Shown here: piece after piece, positions 8,079-17,517 of the stretch | Position numbering within the stretch: position 1 is the first letter of the stretch | Layout: each line of letters begins with the position of its first letter | NCBI GenBank assembly: GCA_964565945.1 | Contig: CAZMGY010000021.1 | Span: 150,001 to 182,000 of the forward strand | Source: an uncultured bacterium | GTDB lineage: Bacteria > GCA-001730085 | Reading direction: 5' to 3' | Length of the DNA stretch: 32,000 nt | Position numbers and translations under genes: made by a program | Notes under the pieces: generated by a model | Told to the model about the DNA's origin: nothing | Seen by the model: the letters and a program-made list of their open reading frames with translations, nothing else | The model's database searches: none

Positions 8079-9021
8079 AAGCTATTTTCCTTTGTTTAAT
8101 GATATCCACAACCTCTTGATGGCTGGCCACAACATCTTGAACACCTAATAACTTCATTTGATTGGAACGATGTAAATCATGATCGTATATAAACCCAATA
8201 GGCCAAACATCAATTTGCTCTTGAGCTTGAAAAGCCATAGCCATATCATCGATTTGATCTCCAATATAAATGTATTGGCAATCTTTGAATCCTTTCTCTA
8301 AAAAAAACTGATGGATATTCTCTAGGCTTCGAGGATGAGGCTTTTTGAAATCTTCACCAACGTCAGTTAAGGTCACTATTGTATCAAACACTGGTAGATA
8401 AGAAAATTTTTCTAAAGAGAAAAGTGCATCTGCCCTTTCTCTCCCAGTTGCAATCGCCATTCCCTGGGATTGATCTTGAATCTTCTGCAACAATTCATGG
8501 CTCATCAAAGGTTTTTCATTCTGAACAACTCCCTCGCAGAACACATAAAGAGGTTCTTCTTTATAAATATATTTAAACTGCGTTTGTCCCCAATAGACTT
8601 CTTGAAAAATACGCTTCACCAAGTTACGCGGATGTAGTTGCTGCTTTGGCAGTAAACTTTTATCGAACTGAACCCAAGAGGCATTTTTCCCCTCGGTGGC
8701 CGTCAACACAGCCGCCAAGCCTTGCCCCTGGCAGCGATTTATAAAGGAAGCTATGTTCCAGTTATCAACATGTTGCGATGAATCATCACATAACGAAACA
8801 TAATAATAAATAATACCAGCTGTCACATCCCAATCATCATTAAAGCCACCCAAACTTTTAAATTTTAAAATGGTCTCATCATTTACACACAAGTTATCCA
8901 CAGATTTTTTCAACACATGCTGAATATACAAAGGAACGGTTTGTTTAATAGCTTCGTGGAAAGACTTCTCCACATTGATCAAAACACCATCAATATCGAA
9001 CACAACACATAGATTCATCAT
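8071..9021 (-). CDS. HAD-superfamily hydrolase-like protein
   Basis: 316 aa. HAD motif I FDIDGVLI near the N-terminus, motif IV-like IGDQIDDM near the C-terminus, and a large cap insertion. Overlaps the lysS start by 8 nt, so it is the first gene of the HAD-lysS-lolC-lolD string. Confidence 0.6.
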   Translation of the reverse strand: MMNLCVVFDIDGVLINVEKSFHEAIKQTVPLYIQHVLKKSVDNLCVNDETILKFKSLGGFNDDWDVTAGIIYYYVSLCDDSSQHVDNWNIASFINRCQGQGLAAVLTATEGKNASWVQFDKSLLPKQQLHPRNLVKRIFQEVYWGQTQFKYIYKEEPLYVFCEGVVQNEKPLMSHELLQKIQDQSQGMAIATGRERADALFSLEKFSYLPVFDTIVTLTDVGEDFKKPHPRSLENIHQFFLEKGFKDCQYIYIGDQIDDMAMAFQAQEQIDVWPIGFIYDHDLHRSNQMKLLGVQDVVASHQEVVDIIKQRKIACG

Positions 9022-9023
9022 AT

Positions 9024-9393
9024 TGTAATGCTCTCTAAATTAGGTTCAAGGAAAAGGAGAATTTTTCCGATTTTTAGTTAACATACCCGCCACCTCATCT
9101 GAAGTTAAACTCCCTAGGGATTGGTGTGGCCAAACCTCATTATATTCCATAACCCACTTCTGTGTAATATCTCTCACTTCCTCCAAACTTTGAAAAATAG
9201 TCTAATACCTCGGTTCGTAATTACGCGTGCTGTGTTGGTTTTCCAAGCTGTATGAAAGAATAGATCCACGTTATTTCTTTTTTTCGGAAAATATCTTTTA
9301 GCTTTCTGTATAGCGTAACTTTCTCATCTCGTTCTCCTTATTTTGGGGGAAGAACTCTATTTCACCGTGGCCCTATTTTTAAGGAGCATTATA
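9024..9393 (-). mobile_element. Internally deleted IS3-family element, copy A, 370 bp, with both terminal inverted repeats
   Basis: The TIRs are tgtaatgctctctaaatta (9024->) and, on the reverse strand from 9393, tataatgctccttaaaaata. It holds a 9-codon OrfA start, MRKLRYTES* (9327..9298). It also holds an OrfB C-terminal remnant, TIFQSLEEVRDITQKWVMEYNEVWPHQSLGSLTSDEVAG...* (9201..9046), which matches the IS3-family integrase tail F.sleEa...i..W...YN..RPHsaLG..tP.ef. Confidence 0.75.
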
Positions 9394-9451
9394 CTAAAAC
9401 CCCCATCCAAAAATAGAAAACAAAAAAGCACAGAAATCCCAACTGGCTATA

Positions 9452-9996
9452 ATGGTTTCAACAAAAAAATCTTTTTACCCAATGGGTGAAAACACCAAAG
9501 GTAACCAAACTTTTGTGCTTATGAATATTTTAAACTATAAACTCACCCCCACCAACGAACTTCTAACTGCCCGCACAGCCTTGTTAGCACCCGCACATTT
9601 AATGCAATCACTTAGCCTTGATATAAAACCATTGACCAGAACTTCCCTGCTTTAAATAGCAATACTACTCTTAAAGTTTCAACGTTTATCAATACCTTAC
9701 TACTAAGTCAACACGAAGGTGAGAAATGTCTGGATGACACCATCCATATTGCCAAAGACAAAGCCTTGTCTTTACTGCTTCAACAAAAAAAACCAAGACC
9801 ACAAGCCATTGCTACTTGCTTAAGACGCTTGGATAGAGACAATCAAGGTATTAGTGCCTTATCAGAAGTTAATAAAACTTTGCTCGGTGCCACCTTACAC
9901 AACTATAAAAATATTACGCTTGATATTGATGCCTCTGAGGTGATTGCCAATAAAGCCGATGCCCAATGGAGTTATAAAAAATACAAGGGCTAAAAA
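9452..9996 (+). pseudogene. IS1380-family transposase, N-terminal ~180 codons only, frameshifted
   Basis: Two ORFs, 9452-9655 and 9661/9766-9993, separated by one frameshift near 9655. KLTPTNELLTARTALLAP resembles the N-terminal LTS.AGL motif. ...CLDD...CLRRLD...NITLDIDASEVIANKADAQWSYKKYKG* matches the IS1380 block ItiDiDss.i......a..gY.gk (as in ISEcp1-type transposases). The gene ends just after that block, so the catalytic remainder is absent. Confidence 0.6.
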
Positions 9997-10240
9997 TCAA
10001 AAAATCAGTGAAAAATGCTCTGAATTAAATGGACAAAAGCATTAGGTAATTGATTGTTGGTGAAATCATAATGTTTAAGTGAAAAAATAGTGGTTAGGTG
10101 GTTTTTTACGTTGAAAAAACTATTTTTGTGATGTTGGTGATTTTTATTTTTGGATTTGGGTAAAAAAAACTCCCAGAAATCGCAAATATCCTATAATGAG
10201 TAATATCTTTTAAAATAGCACATGAGAGGGTGTAGATATT

Positions 10241-11476
10241 ATGCGCGGATTATCACTCAATGGTCAAGTTTTACTGGGAACCATCACAGGACTCATTATT
10301 GGGCTATGTCTCAACTTTTTTGGAACCAATGATCCATTGATTGAAAAAGTGATTTATCTCTGCACCATCGTTGGCGGTATTTTTATTGGACTTCTCAAAA
10401 TGATTCTCATCCCCCTCGTTTTCACATCTCTCGCTGTCGGCGTAACTCAACTTAAAGCCGAAGGCGAAGCACGCACTATATGGAAACTTAGTCTTATATA
10501 TTTTATCGGAACATCCGCACTAGCAGTTTTATTAGGTATGATTGTCATCAATATTATTCAACCTGGTAAAGGTTTATCGATCGATATGTTTCAAACGGCA
10601 ACAGGCGGTATGGCTCTGCAAAAAATGAACCTTCCTGATTTTATTCACAACTTTATTCTCAACTTATTTGTTAATCCCATTCAAGCAATGGCCCAGGGAC
10701 AAGTATTACCCGTTCTCATTTTTGCTATTTTCGTTGGCCTAGCCTGCGTCTCTCTCGGAACAAAAACTAAAGGTTTCACCAACATCCTCAAAGAAGCCTT
10801 CGAAATCATCATGAAGCTGGTCCAATGGATCATGTATCTTGCTCCTTTCGGCATTGCAGCCCTCTTAATTAAACTGCTCGCCACTCAAGATATCGCTCTA
10901 TTTGCACAACTAGGAACATTCATTGGCGTCGTTTTGTTTGCCCTACTGTTCCATGCTTTTGTCCAACTTCCTCTTCTCTTAATTGTGCTTGGCAAAAAGT
11001 CACCTTTCGAATTTTTTACTGGCATCAAAAACGCAATGCTCACAGCCTTTTCCACAAGTTCGAGTGCCGCCACACTGCCCATTACCATGGAATGTGTCAA
11101 AAATAATCTCAAAGTTGATAAAGATGTGGCAGGATTTGTTCTTCCCTTAGGCGCAACCATTAATATGGACGGCACAGCTCTTTATGAAGCAATGGCTGCT
11201 CTCTTTGTCGCCAACATTGCTGGCATTGAACTAAGTATCGTTCAACAGCTGATTGTTTTCTTTATCGCCATCACAGCGGCAATTGGCGCCCCAGGCATAC
11301 CAAGTGCGGGCATGGTCACTCTGGTTATGGTTCTTGAGGCAGTGGGATTACCCACCGAAGCTATCGTAATTCTTTTACCCATTGATCGTCTCCTTGATTC
11401 CTTCCGAACGGCCATTAATGTGGAAGGAGATTCCATTGGAGCCTACATTATCAGCCATAAGCTCAATCCTAAATAA
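10241..11476 (+). CDS. Dicarboxylate/amino acid:cation symporter (DAACS/SDF family, GltP-like)
   Basis: 411 aa, polytopic. Family motifs AFSTSSSAATLP, GATINMDGTALYEA and INVEGDS. SD GAGGGTG upstream. Confidence 0.85.
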   Translation: MRGLSLNGQVLLGTITGLIIGLCLNFFGTNDPLIEKVIYLCTIVGGIFIGLLKMILIPLVFTSLAVGVTQLKAEGEARTIWKLSLIYFIGTSALAVLLGMIVINIIQPGKGLSIDMFQTATGGMALQKMNLPDFIHNFILNLFVNPIQAMAQGQVLPVLIFAIFVGLACVSLGTKTKGFTNILKEAFEIIMKLVQWIMYLAPFGIAALLIKLLATQDIALFAQLGTFIGVVLFALLFHAFVQLPLLLIVLGKKSPFEFFTGIKNAMLTAFSTSSSAATLPITMECVKNNLKVDKDVAGFVLPLGATINMDGTALYEAMAALFVANIAGIELSIVQQLIVFFIAITAAIGAPGIPSAGMVTLVMVLEAVGLPTEAIVILLPIDRLLDSFRTAINVEGDSIGAYIISHKLNPK

Positions 11477-11496
11477 CCAGTAAGGGAGATAAAAGT

Positions 11497-12885
11497 TTAT
11501 TTTCCAATACAAAAATTGGCGAAAATTTTATCTAAAATATCCGCATCATACTGCTCGCCAACAATATCGGCCAAGCTATGCAACGTTTCTTTTAGAGACA
11601 TGACAATCACTTCTTGATAATCATCTAACTCCAACTGTTGCGCTTCATGCAAAGAGCCCAAGGCTTTTTGCAATAACTGATACTGCCTCTGGTTAATCAT
11701 AAGGTCAGCGGCATCCACATGAACAGAGGTCTGTAATTCATCGAGCACAGCTTGCTCCAAAGCTTTTAATGAATTAAGATCAAGAGTGCTCACAAATAGA
11801 GGAGATAGGGGAGAGATAAGCTTTTGCACATCACGTTTAGTCTCGGCTTTCAAACAGTCCTTTTTGTTCACAATCACCTTAAGTGCTTGATCGTCAGATA
11901 GTTGTGTTTGAATGTCTGACCATAACATCCGATCATCATCATCCACCGCTTCACCACTTAGCACAAACAAAACACAATCAGCCTTACTTAACTCTTCACG
12001 ACTTTTTTCGACACCAACTTGTTCAATCGGATCCTTGGTCTCACACAGCCCAGCTGTATCGACAACTCTAACACAAAACTCACCAAGCATCATCTCAGCA
12101 TCAACAACATCTCGCGTCGTTCCAGGAATATCTGTCACAATCGCGCGATGCGTTCGCAATAAACCATTCAATAAACTCGACTTACCAACATTGGGCTTAC
12201 CAATTAAAACCAAGGAAAATCCCCGCCTCAGTCGTGCCGAACGCTCAAAACTTTCCTCCAAAAATTTTAACTGAGCCACCAGGGGAGCCAATTGATCGTC
12301 AAAATGAGTTTGAGATAAAAAATCTATTTGCTCTTCGGAAAAATCGAGTTCGGCTTCTAAATAAAGTAGTAATTGCTCTAAGTCATGTTTGATCGCATGA
12401 ATACGTTCGGAAAACCCCCCTTTAATTTGCCGAACCGAACGCTCAATAGCGGTTTGGCTGTGCGCATGAATCAGGTCAGCCACGGCTTCAGCCTGAGTTA
12501 AATCCTTTTTTCCCATCAAAAAAGCGCGCTGTGTGAATTCACCAGGATCAGCTAAATGAGCCCCTAAGTCCACAGCTTGACGAATTACAAAATCCACAAT
12601 CACAGGATTGCCATGACAACTTAACTCTACCACATCTTCACCAGTATAACTGCGTGGAGCACGAAACACCGTGACAAGAATTTCATCCACCGTCACCTGA
12701 GAGGTAGAGGAGACCAGATAAGCCAAATGAACGGTATGAGAAGCCACCTCATCAAGAGGAGTCGCTGTCGCTAAGCGCGTGATCGATTGAGTGATCGCCA
12801 CAGCCTCTGGACCACTGATACGCACAACAGCTAAAGCACTATAAGCTATAGGAGTTGCGGGAGCAATAATGGTTTTGTTAAACAT
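11497..12885 (-). CDS. mnmE: tRNA modification GTPase MnmE (TrmE)
   Basis: 462 aa. N-terminus TIIAPATP...A.AVVRISGP, G-domain GKPNVGKSSLLN / DTAG / NKKD, and the diagnostic C-terminal FCIGK. Confidence 0.95.
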   Translation of the reverse strand: MFNKTIIAPATPIAYSALAVVRISGPEAVAITQSITRLATATPLDEVASHTVHLAYLVSSTSQVTVDEILVTVFRAPRSYTGEDVVELSCHGNPVIVDFVIRQAVDLGAHLADPGEFTQRAFLMGKKDLTQAEAVADLIHAHSQTAIERSVRQIKGGFSERIHAIKHDLEQLLLYLEAELDFSEEQIDFLSQTHFDDQLAPLVAQLKFLEESFERSARLRRGFSLVLIGKPNVGKSSLLNGLLRTHRAIVTDIPGTTRDVVDAEMMLGEFCVRVVDTAGLCETKDPIEQVGVEKSREELSKADCVLFVLSGEAVDDDDRMLWSDIQTQLSDDQALKVIVNKKDCLKAETKRDVQKLISPLSPLFVSTLDLNSLKALEQAVLDELQTSVHVDAADLMINQRQYQLLQKALGSLHEAQQLELDDYQEVIVMSLKETLHSLADIVGEQYDADILDKIFANFCIGK

Positions 12886-14460
12886 CTAAACCTTTTGCAC
12901 AACTTTTTGATGAACAATCGAAACCACATTACTAATAAACCAATAAAGCACCAAACCCGCGGGAAAATTCATAAATAAAAAAACCATCACCAAAGGTAAA
13001 AACATCATGATTTTTTTCTGTGCTGGATCAGTCATCGAGGGGGAAAGCCATTGTTGAATCAACATTGACCCACCCATAGCAATCGGCAACACATACGTTG
13101 GATCTTTAACCGATAAATCCTGAATCCAAAACAAGAAAGGGGCACCCCTTAGCTCAAAAGCTGACTGCAACAACCAAAACAAAGCTAAAAAAATTGGCAT
13201 TTGCGCCAAAACAGGCAGACACCCCCCTATTGGATTTGCTTTATGTTCTTTGTATAATTTCATCATTTCCATCTGTGCTTTCTGTGGATTATCTTTATTT
13301 TTTTCGCGCACAGCCGTAATATGGGGTTGTAGTTTTTGCATTTTCTTCATTGATTTAAAACTTTTCTGCGATAGGGGAAACAGAGCTAATTTCGCCAAGA
13401 GCGTCAGCAAAATAATCGCAAAACCATAATTACCTGTTAGACCATAGAAAAACTTAAGGATACTTAATAAAAATAAGCTGATCCCATTAAAAAAACCATA
13501 CGAAACCACTTTTTCCAATTCATAGCCAACGCCACTAAGAGTCACACGATCTTTAGGGCCAATATAAAGTAGATATCGATCATGTACATCTTGCTTAGGA
13601 TTAAGAATAACAGCCTTGCTTCTTAAACTAGCCCCTGGTGGATATTGGCCTTCATTCAAATAGACTGTACTTAATTCCGACAACGGTTTCACCGCAAAAG
13701 CAAAGTATTTATTTTGAACAGCCACCCACTGCGGTGTTTCATACAAAATTTCACGTGTTTGAATTTTTTTATGGTTTTCCACTTTAGCATTCGCAGTTTT
13801 TAAAACACTTAACTTTAAAAAGTTCTTATCTTTTTTAGTAATTAGCGAAGGATCCCCCACCTGATCAGGAATATGTAAAGTATAACCATCTTGCAACGCT
13901 AGAACCTGCGAACCTTGATTGCTCAAAAATAAATCAAAGTCGATTACATAGTTATCACGCAAACGATAGCGCTTTTTTACATAAAACCCATTACTAGCAC
14001 GATACTCCATCACAACTTCATTCGATGTCGCCTGGGTGACAGTGAATAAGACGCGTGCCCATTGATCTGGCACATCAAAGGATAAATACCCCTTCTCTTG
14101 AGCCCTTGGCAAAATAAACTCGTTATCCTGCTCAGTATTTTGAAACTTTAATGAAACGGCCGAATAAAGACTACCTCCAATCGGATTTAAAGCCACCCGA
14201 ATAAACTCATTTTTTAAATAGACCATATCAACCGCGGGGAGGGGTGCACTAATCTTTTCCAAGGGATCTTGCACCACAACATCACCTGCAAGGCTCGGTT
14301 GCGTTTGCTTTTGTTCGGACGCCCTAGATGATTCCGTAGAGGCCCTCAATTGTTCTTGACGATATTGGTAAGCTTTGGGAAAAAAAGTTTTTTCAAGCGT
14401 AGACCATGACAAAAAAATAACCATTGATAGTATCACAGCCAAAATCAAACGTGGATTCAT
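12886..14460 (-). CDS. yidC: Membrane protein insertase YidC
   Basis: 524 aa. N-terminal transmembrane segment, large periplasmic domain, and a conserved C-terminal 60-kDa IMP core (GFAIILLTLLAKLALFPL, MMKLYKEHKANPIGGCLP, LYWFISN). Confidence 0.95.
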   Translation of the reverse strand: MNPRLILAVILSMVIFLSWSTLEKTFFPKAYQYRQEQLRASTESSRASEQKQTQPSLAGDVVVQDPLEKISAPLPAVDMVYLKNEFIRVALNPIGGSLYSAVSLKFQNTEQDNEFILPRAQEKGYLSFDVPDQWARVLFTVTQATSNEVVMEYRASNGFYVKKRYRLRDNYVIDFDLFLSNQGSQVLALQDGYTLHIPDQVGDPSLITKKDKNFLKLSVLKTANAKVENHKKIQTREILYETPQWVAVQNKYFAFAVKPLSELSTVYLNEGQYPPGASLRSKAVILNPKQDVHDRYLLYIGPKDRVTLSGVGYELEKVVSYGFFNGISLFLLSILKFFYGLTGNYGFAIILLTLLAKLALFPLSQKSFKSMKKMQKLQPHITAVREKNKDNPQKAQMEMMKLYKEHKANPIGGCLPVLAQMPIFLALFWLLQSAFELRGAPFLFWIQDLSVKDPTYVLPIAMGGSMLIQQWLSPSMTDPAQKKIMMFLPLVMVFLFMNFPAGLVLYWFISNVVSIVHQKVVQKV

Positions 14461-14687
14461 AATGATGTTTCTCCTTTATGCACAACAGGATCAAACCCTC
14501 CAGGATGCCAAGGATGACACTTAACCAGCCTTCGCACAACTTTCACACTTCCCCGAATAGGTCCCCAATATTCGATAGCCTCTTTGGCGTACATTGAACA
14601 AGATGGATAAAAACGACAGTTATCTCCTAAAAAAGGCGCTAGAAGCCTTTGATAAGCCTTGATTCCTATCAATAAAATCCAACGCAT
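14457..14687 (-). CDS. yidD: Membrane protein insertion efficiency factor YidD
   Basis: 76 aa. YQRLLAPFLGDNCRFYPSCSMYAKEAI..G...G......RL.KCHPWHPGGFDPV. Overlaps yidC by 4 nt. Confidence 0.9.
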   Translation of the reverse strand: MRWILLIGIKAYQRLLAPFLGDNCRFYPSCSMYAKEAIEYWGPIRGSVKVVRRLVKCHPWHPGGFDPVVHKGETSL

Positions 14688-14690
14688 CCC

Positions 14691-15041
14691 TTACACATCT
14701 CCCAACAAGCAACTTTTATGCAGGAGATTTTCAAAATCTTGCTTTAACTGCTGGCCTGTTGCTCGTAATGCGGACGGTTTGGCATTAATCACAATCCAAG
14801 CCTCGGGTCGTAACGTATTTTTTTTTAATCGAAACGCCTCTCGATAGTGTCTTTTAATCCGTGAACGCACCACAGCTTTGCCAACCTTACGTGAAACGGT
14901 AATCCCTAATTGAGGGGGTACATCTTTGGACATCAGATACATAAACGCATATTGCCCCTCATACTTAACACCTTGTTGATAAATAACTTGAAAATCAGTG
15001 CGTCGACAAATGCGATTTTTCTTAGAAAAAGAAAAATCCAT
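14691..15041 (-). CDS. rnpA: Ribonuclease P protein component
   Basis: 116 aa and basic (GITVSRKVGKAVVRSRIKRHYREAFR). It lies directly downstream of rpmH, and its start overlaps the rpmH stop by 1 nt (TAATG). Confidence 0.9.
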   Translation of the reverse strand: MDFSFSKKNRICRRTDFQVIYQQGVKYEGQYAFMYLMSKDVPPQLGITVSRKVGKAVVRSRIKRHYREAFRLKKNTLRPEAWIVINAKPSALRATGQQLKQDFENLLHKSCLLGDV

Positions 15042-15178
15042 TAACCAACTCCTAAGACTTTGTTTCCTTTAGCCCTTTGACGCTTAATAATCGCACGACC
15101 ACTACGAGTTGACATACGTTTTAAAAAACCGTGCTTTTTATGACGACGACGGTTCGATGGTTGATATGTTCTCTTCAT
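15041..15178 (-). CDS. rpmH: 50S ribosomal protein L34
   Basis: Below the ORF-track size cutoff. The reverse frame from ATG 15178 reads [45 protein letters not shown], the canonical L34 sequence. GGAG lies 12 nt upstream. Confidence 0.95.
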   Translation of the reverse strand: MKRTYQPSNRRRHKKHGFLKRMSTRSGRAIIKRQRAKGNKVLGVG

Positions 15179-15250
15179 AATACAAAACTCCAAAATCTTC
15201 AGATAAAAAGATCATTCTATACGTATTACCTATAAATGTCCAGGTCTTTT

Positions 15251-15706
15251 CTAAGATTGACACTTAGAACAAATCCCATACAGTTCCATTTTATGATGTT
15301 GAGGCTTATAGCCATATCTAACAAATACCTTAACCTGCATTTGCTCGATTTCTGGCTGACAAAATTCAATGCACTCAGAACATATTGTGCAAATCAAATG
15401 GTCATGATGGGGATGATTGTAAAGATGTTCATAACGTGTGACGCCATCATTAAACTTAAGTTCCGCACATAAGCCACTTTCGCATAAGAGTTTAAGTGTG
15501 CGATAGACCGTGGTGTAACCGATCGAAGTATCTGCCTTTTTGGCTAACCGATAAACTTCTTCCGAGGTGACATGCCGATGCAAACCGAAAAAAACATTCA
15601 TAATCACATCTCTTTTACGGCTCTTCTTCAGCTTTTTTTGCTGCAAAAACCGTTGAAGAATCGCATATTCTTCCTGATGGTCATCTAATCCCTCCCTAGC
15701 ACTCAT
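15251..15706 (-). CDS. fur: Fur-family metalloregulator (Fur/Zur/PerR class not resolved)
   Basis: 151 aa. Winged-helix N-terminal part (R..I...........H.T.EEVY), then YEHLYNHPHHDHLICTICSECIEF and C-terminal CSKC metal sites. Confidence 0.85.
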   Translation of the reverse strand: MSAREGLDDHQEEYAILQRFLQQKKLKKSRKRDVIMNVFFGLHRHVTSEEVYRLAKKADTSIGYTTVYRTLKLLCESGLCAELKFNDGVTRYEHLYNHPHHDHLICTICSECIEFCQPEIEQMQVKVFVRYGYKPQHHKMELYGICSKCQS

Positions 15707-16010
15707 AACCCCAAACCTCTCAAGTTAAGTTACCTTAATTTTATCACAGTTCAGGTTCGCCCTCAACAGAGCACCTCTCGCATAATTAAGAAGTTTTCGT
15801 CGATCAAACATAAAAATCCCCTTGTTAGCCCCGCTTTCGGGGGCTATAATACCCCCCTGAGGTTTATGTGTGTATACACCGTAGATAACTAGATCAACCC
15901 AAACACATAAATTATTTAATATATTAGACTCACCTATTCACACAGCCACTCAGGAAGACACGATAGATATTGGGGATGAGTTCAGTACAGATAGGGATAA
16001 ATCGGATTTA

Positions 16011-17351
16011 ATGTTAACAATAGACTTAAAAGAAAAGCTTAAAGCGCATATCGGTCAAATAGCCTTTTCCACTTGGTTTCAAGCCTTAGACATCAAAGAA
16101 ACAGCACGAGATACCTGGATCATTTGGACCCCTAACACCTTTTATAAACAAAAAATCGAACAGCAGTTTCAAGGTGCCATCAGAGAGCTTGAGCATAAAT
16201 TTTCCTGCCACATTGATGTGCAAATCAAAACCAAGCACAGTTCTACACCAAGCGGTTCATCCACCATGGACCCCATACCCCCTAAACCGCTAGTTCAAAC
16301 CCAAGCTCCATTGCCGACACCAGTTCCCTCATCATTCACAGCCCAAAGCAAATTCTCCTTCGATAATTTCATCGTAGGTCCCAATAACACCTTCGCTCAT
16401 GCTATTGCTTCGGCTGTAGCAAGCTCACCAGGCATCAGCTACAATCCTTTTTTCATTTATAGTCCCGTGGGTTTGGGTAAAACACATATCATGCAAGCCA
16501 TTGCCATGAGCATTCAACAAAATCATCCTCATTACAAAATCATGTATCTTTCCACCGAAAAGTTCACCAATGAGTTGATTTCAGCTCTACAAAATAAGAC
16601 GATAGCGCAATTCCGAACAAAATACCGAACCCTTGATATTCTCTTGATTGATGATATCCAATTCATTTCTGGCAAAGAACGTACCCAAGAAGAATTTTTC
16701 CATACATTTAATCAACTCTATAATGAAAACAAACAAATTGTCCTCAGTTCGGATCATCCCCCCACAGAAATACCACAACTAACAGACCGCTTAGTCTCCC
16801 GTTTTGAATGCGGCATCATCGCAGATATTCAACCACCGGATTTTGAAACACGCGTGGCCATCTTACAAAAAAAAGCCGAGAATATTCAAATGCCCGTGGC
16901 CAAAGATATTCTTCAATACATTGCCACACACTTCACATCGAATATTCGCGAACTAGAAGGAGCCCTCTTGCGCATTGTCGCCTTAAGCACCTTTCAATCG
17001 ACAAGTATTACCCTCGATATGGCTCAGAAGTTATTCCATCCGCAACAACAACCGACAATGACACGGCTGACCCAAGAATTAATTCAAAAGGTTACATGTG
17101 AACATTTTCATATCACCATCGAAAACCTTAAGTCAGCCAAGAGGAATAAAATGTTTGTACTACCACGCCAAATTGCCATGTATTTGTGTCGCGAGCTCAC
17201 GGAGTACTCTTTCTCCGAAATAGGATCCTCTTTCGGGGGCAAAGATCACACAACCATTATGCATGCCTATGACAAAATTAAACGCAAGGCAACCACCGAT
17301 GAAAAACTTCAATATACGCTGCAAGAACTTAAAGAAAAAATACGTGGATAA
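16011..17351 (+). CDS. dnaA: Chromosomal replication initiator DnaA
   Basis: 446 aa. N-terminal W..........F.TWF, Pro/Ser/Thr-rich linker, AAA+ motifs (YNPFFIYSPVGLGKTHIMQAI, LLIDDIQF), and domain IV (RQIAMYLCRELT..S...IG..FGGKDHTTIMHA). Confidence 0.97.
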   Translation: MLTIDLKEKLKAHIGQIAFSTWFQALDIKETARDTWIIWTPNTFYKQKIEQQFQGAIRELEHKFSCHIDVQIKTKHSSTPSGSSTMDPIPPKPLVQTQAPLPTPVPSSFTAQSKFSFDNFIVGPNNTFAHAIASAVASSPGISYNPFFIYSPVGLGKTHIMQAIAMSIQQNHPHYKIMYLSTEKFTNELISALQNKTIAQFRTKYRTLDILLIDDIQFISGKERTQEEFFHTFNQLYNENKQIVLSSDHPPTEIPQLTDRLVSRFECGIIADIQPPDFETRVAILQKKAENIQMPVAKDILQYIATHFTSNIRELEGALLRIVALSTFQSTSITLDMAQKLFHPQQQPTMTRLTQELIQKVTCEHFHITIENLKSAKRNKMFVLPRQIAMYLCRELTEYSFSEIGSSFGGKDHTTIMHAYDKIKRKATTDEKLQYTLQELKEKIRG

Positions 17352-17517
17352 GGGGAGGGTGGAGTGTGGATAACTCGAGGGCGAACCGACACTTATCCCC
17401 AAGAGGAATTCATAGTGCCTGTTATCCACACTCACTCCCACTTTATCCACATACACAAATCACAGGATTACAATTTTATAAATCGTTTACAATAAAAACG
17501 TTACAAAGATATCCACA
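17343..17517. promoter_or_regulatory. oriC candidate: DnaA-box cluster in the dnaA-dnaN spacer
   Basis: Three perfect TTATCCACA boxes at 17365-17373 (reverse), 17422-17430 and 17443-17451. Three boxes with one mismatch: 17343-17351 (TTATCCACg, reverse, overlapping the dnaA stop), 17393-17401 (TTATCCcCA) and 17509-17517 (aTATCCACA). An AT-rich stretch at about 17461-17505 lies between boxes. Confidence 0.75.

Noticed and set aside
10010-10050. Short inverted motif aaatgctc...aagcatt resembling a pair of IS3 TIR cores, possibly a near-complete IS deletion leaving a solo TIR pair
   Set aside because: Only 6-8 nt match the TIR core (aatgct) and the flanks do not align. That is too short to distinguish from chance without a genome-wide TIR model. 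It is mentioned only as a possible explanation for the IS1380 truncation.
17160-17456. 98-aa minus-strand ORF spanning the dnaA 3' end and the DnaA-box region
   Set aside because: It is antisense to the conserved dnaA domain IV and runs through the DnaA boxes. It has no SD and no recognisable protein similarity, so it is a chance ORF.
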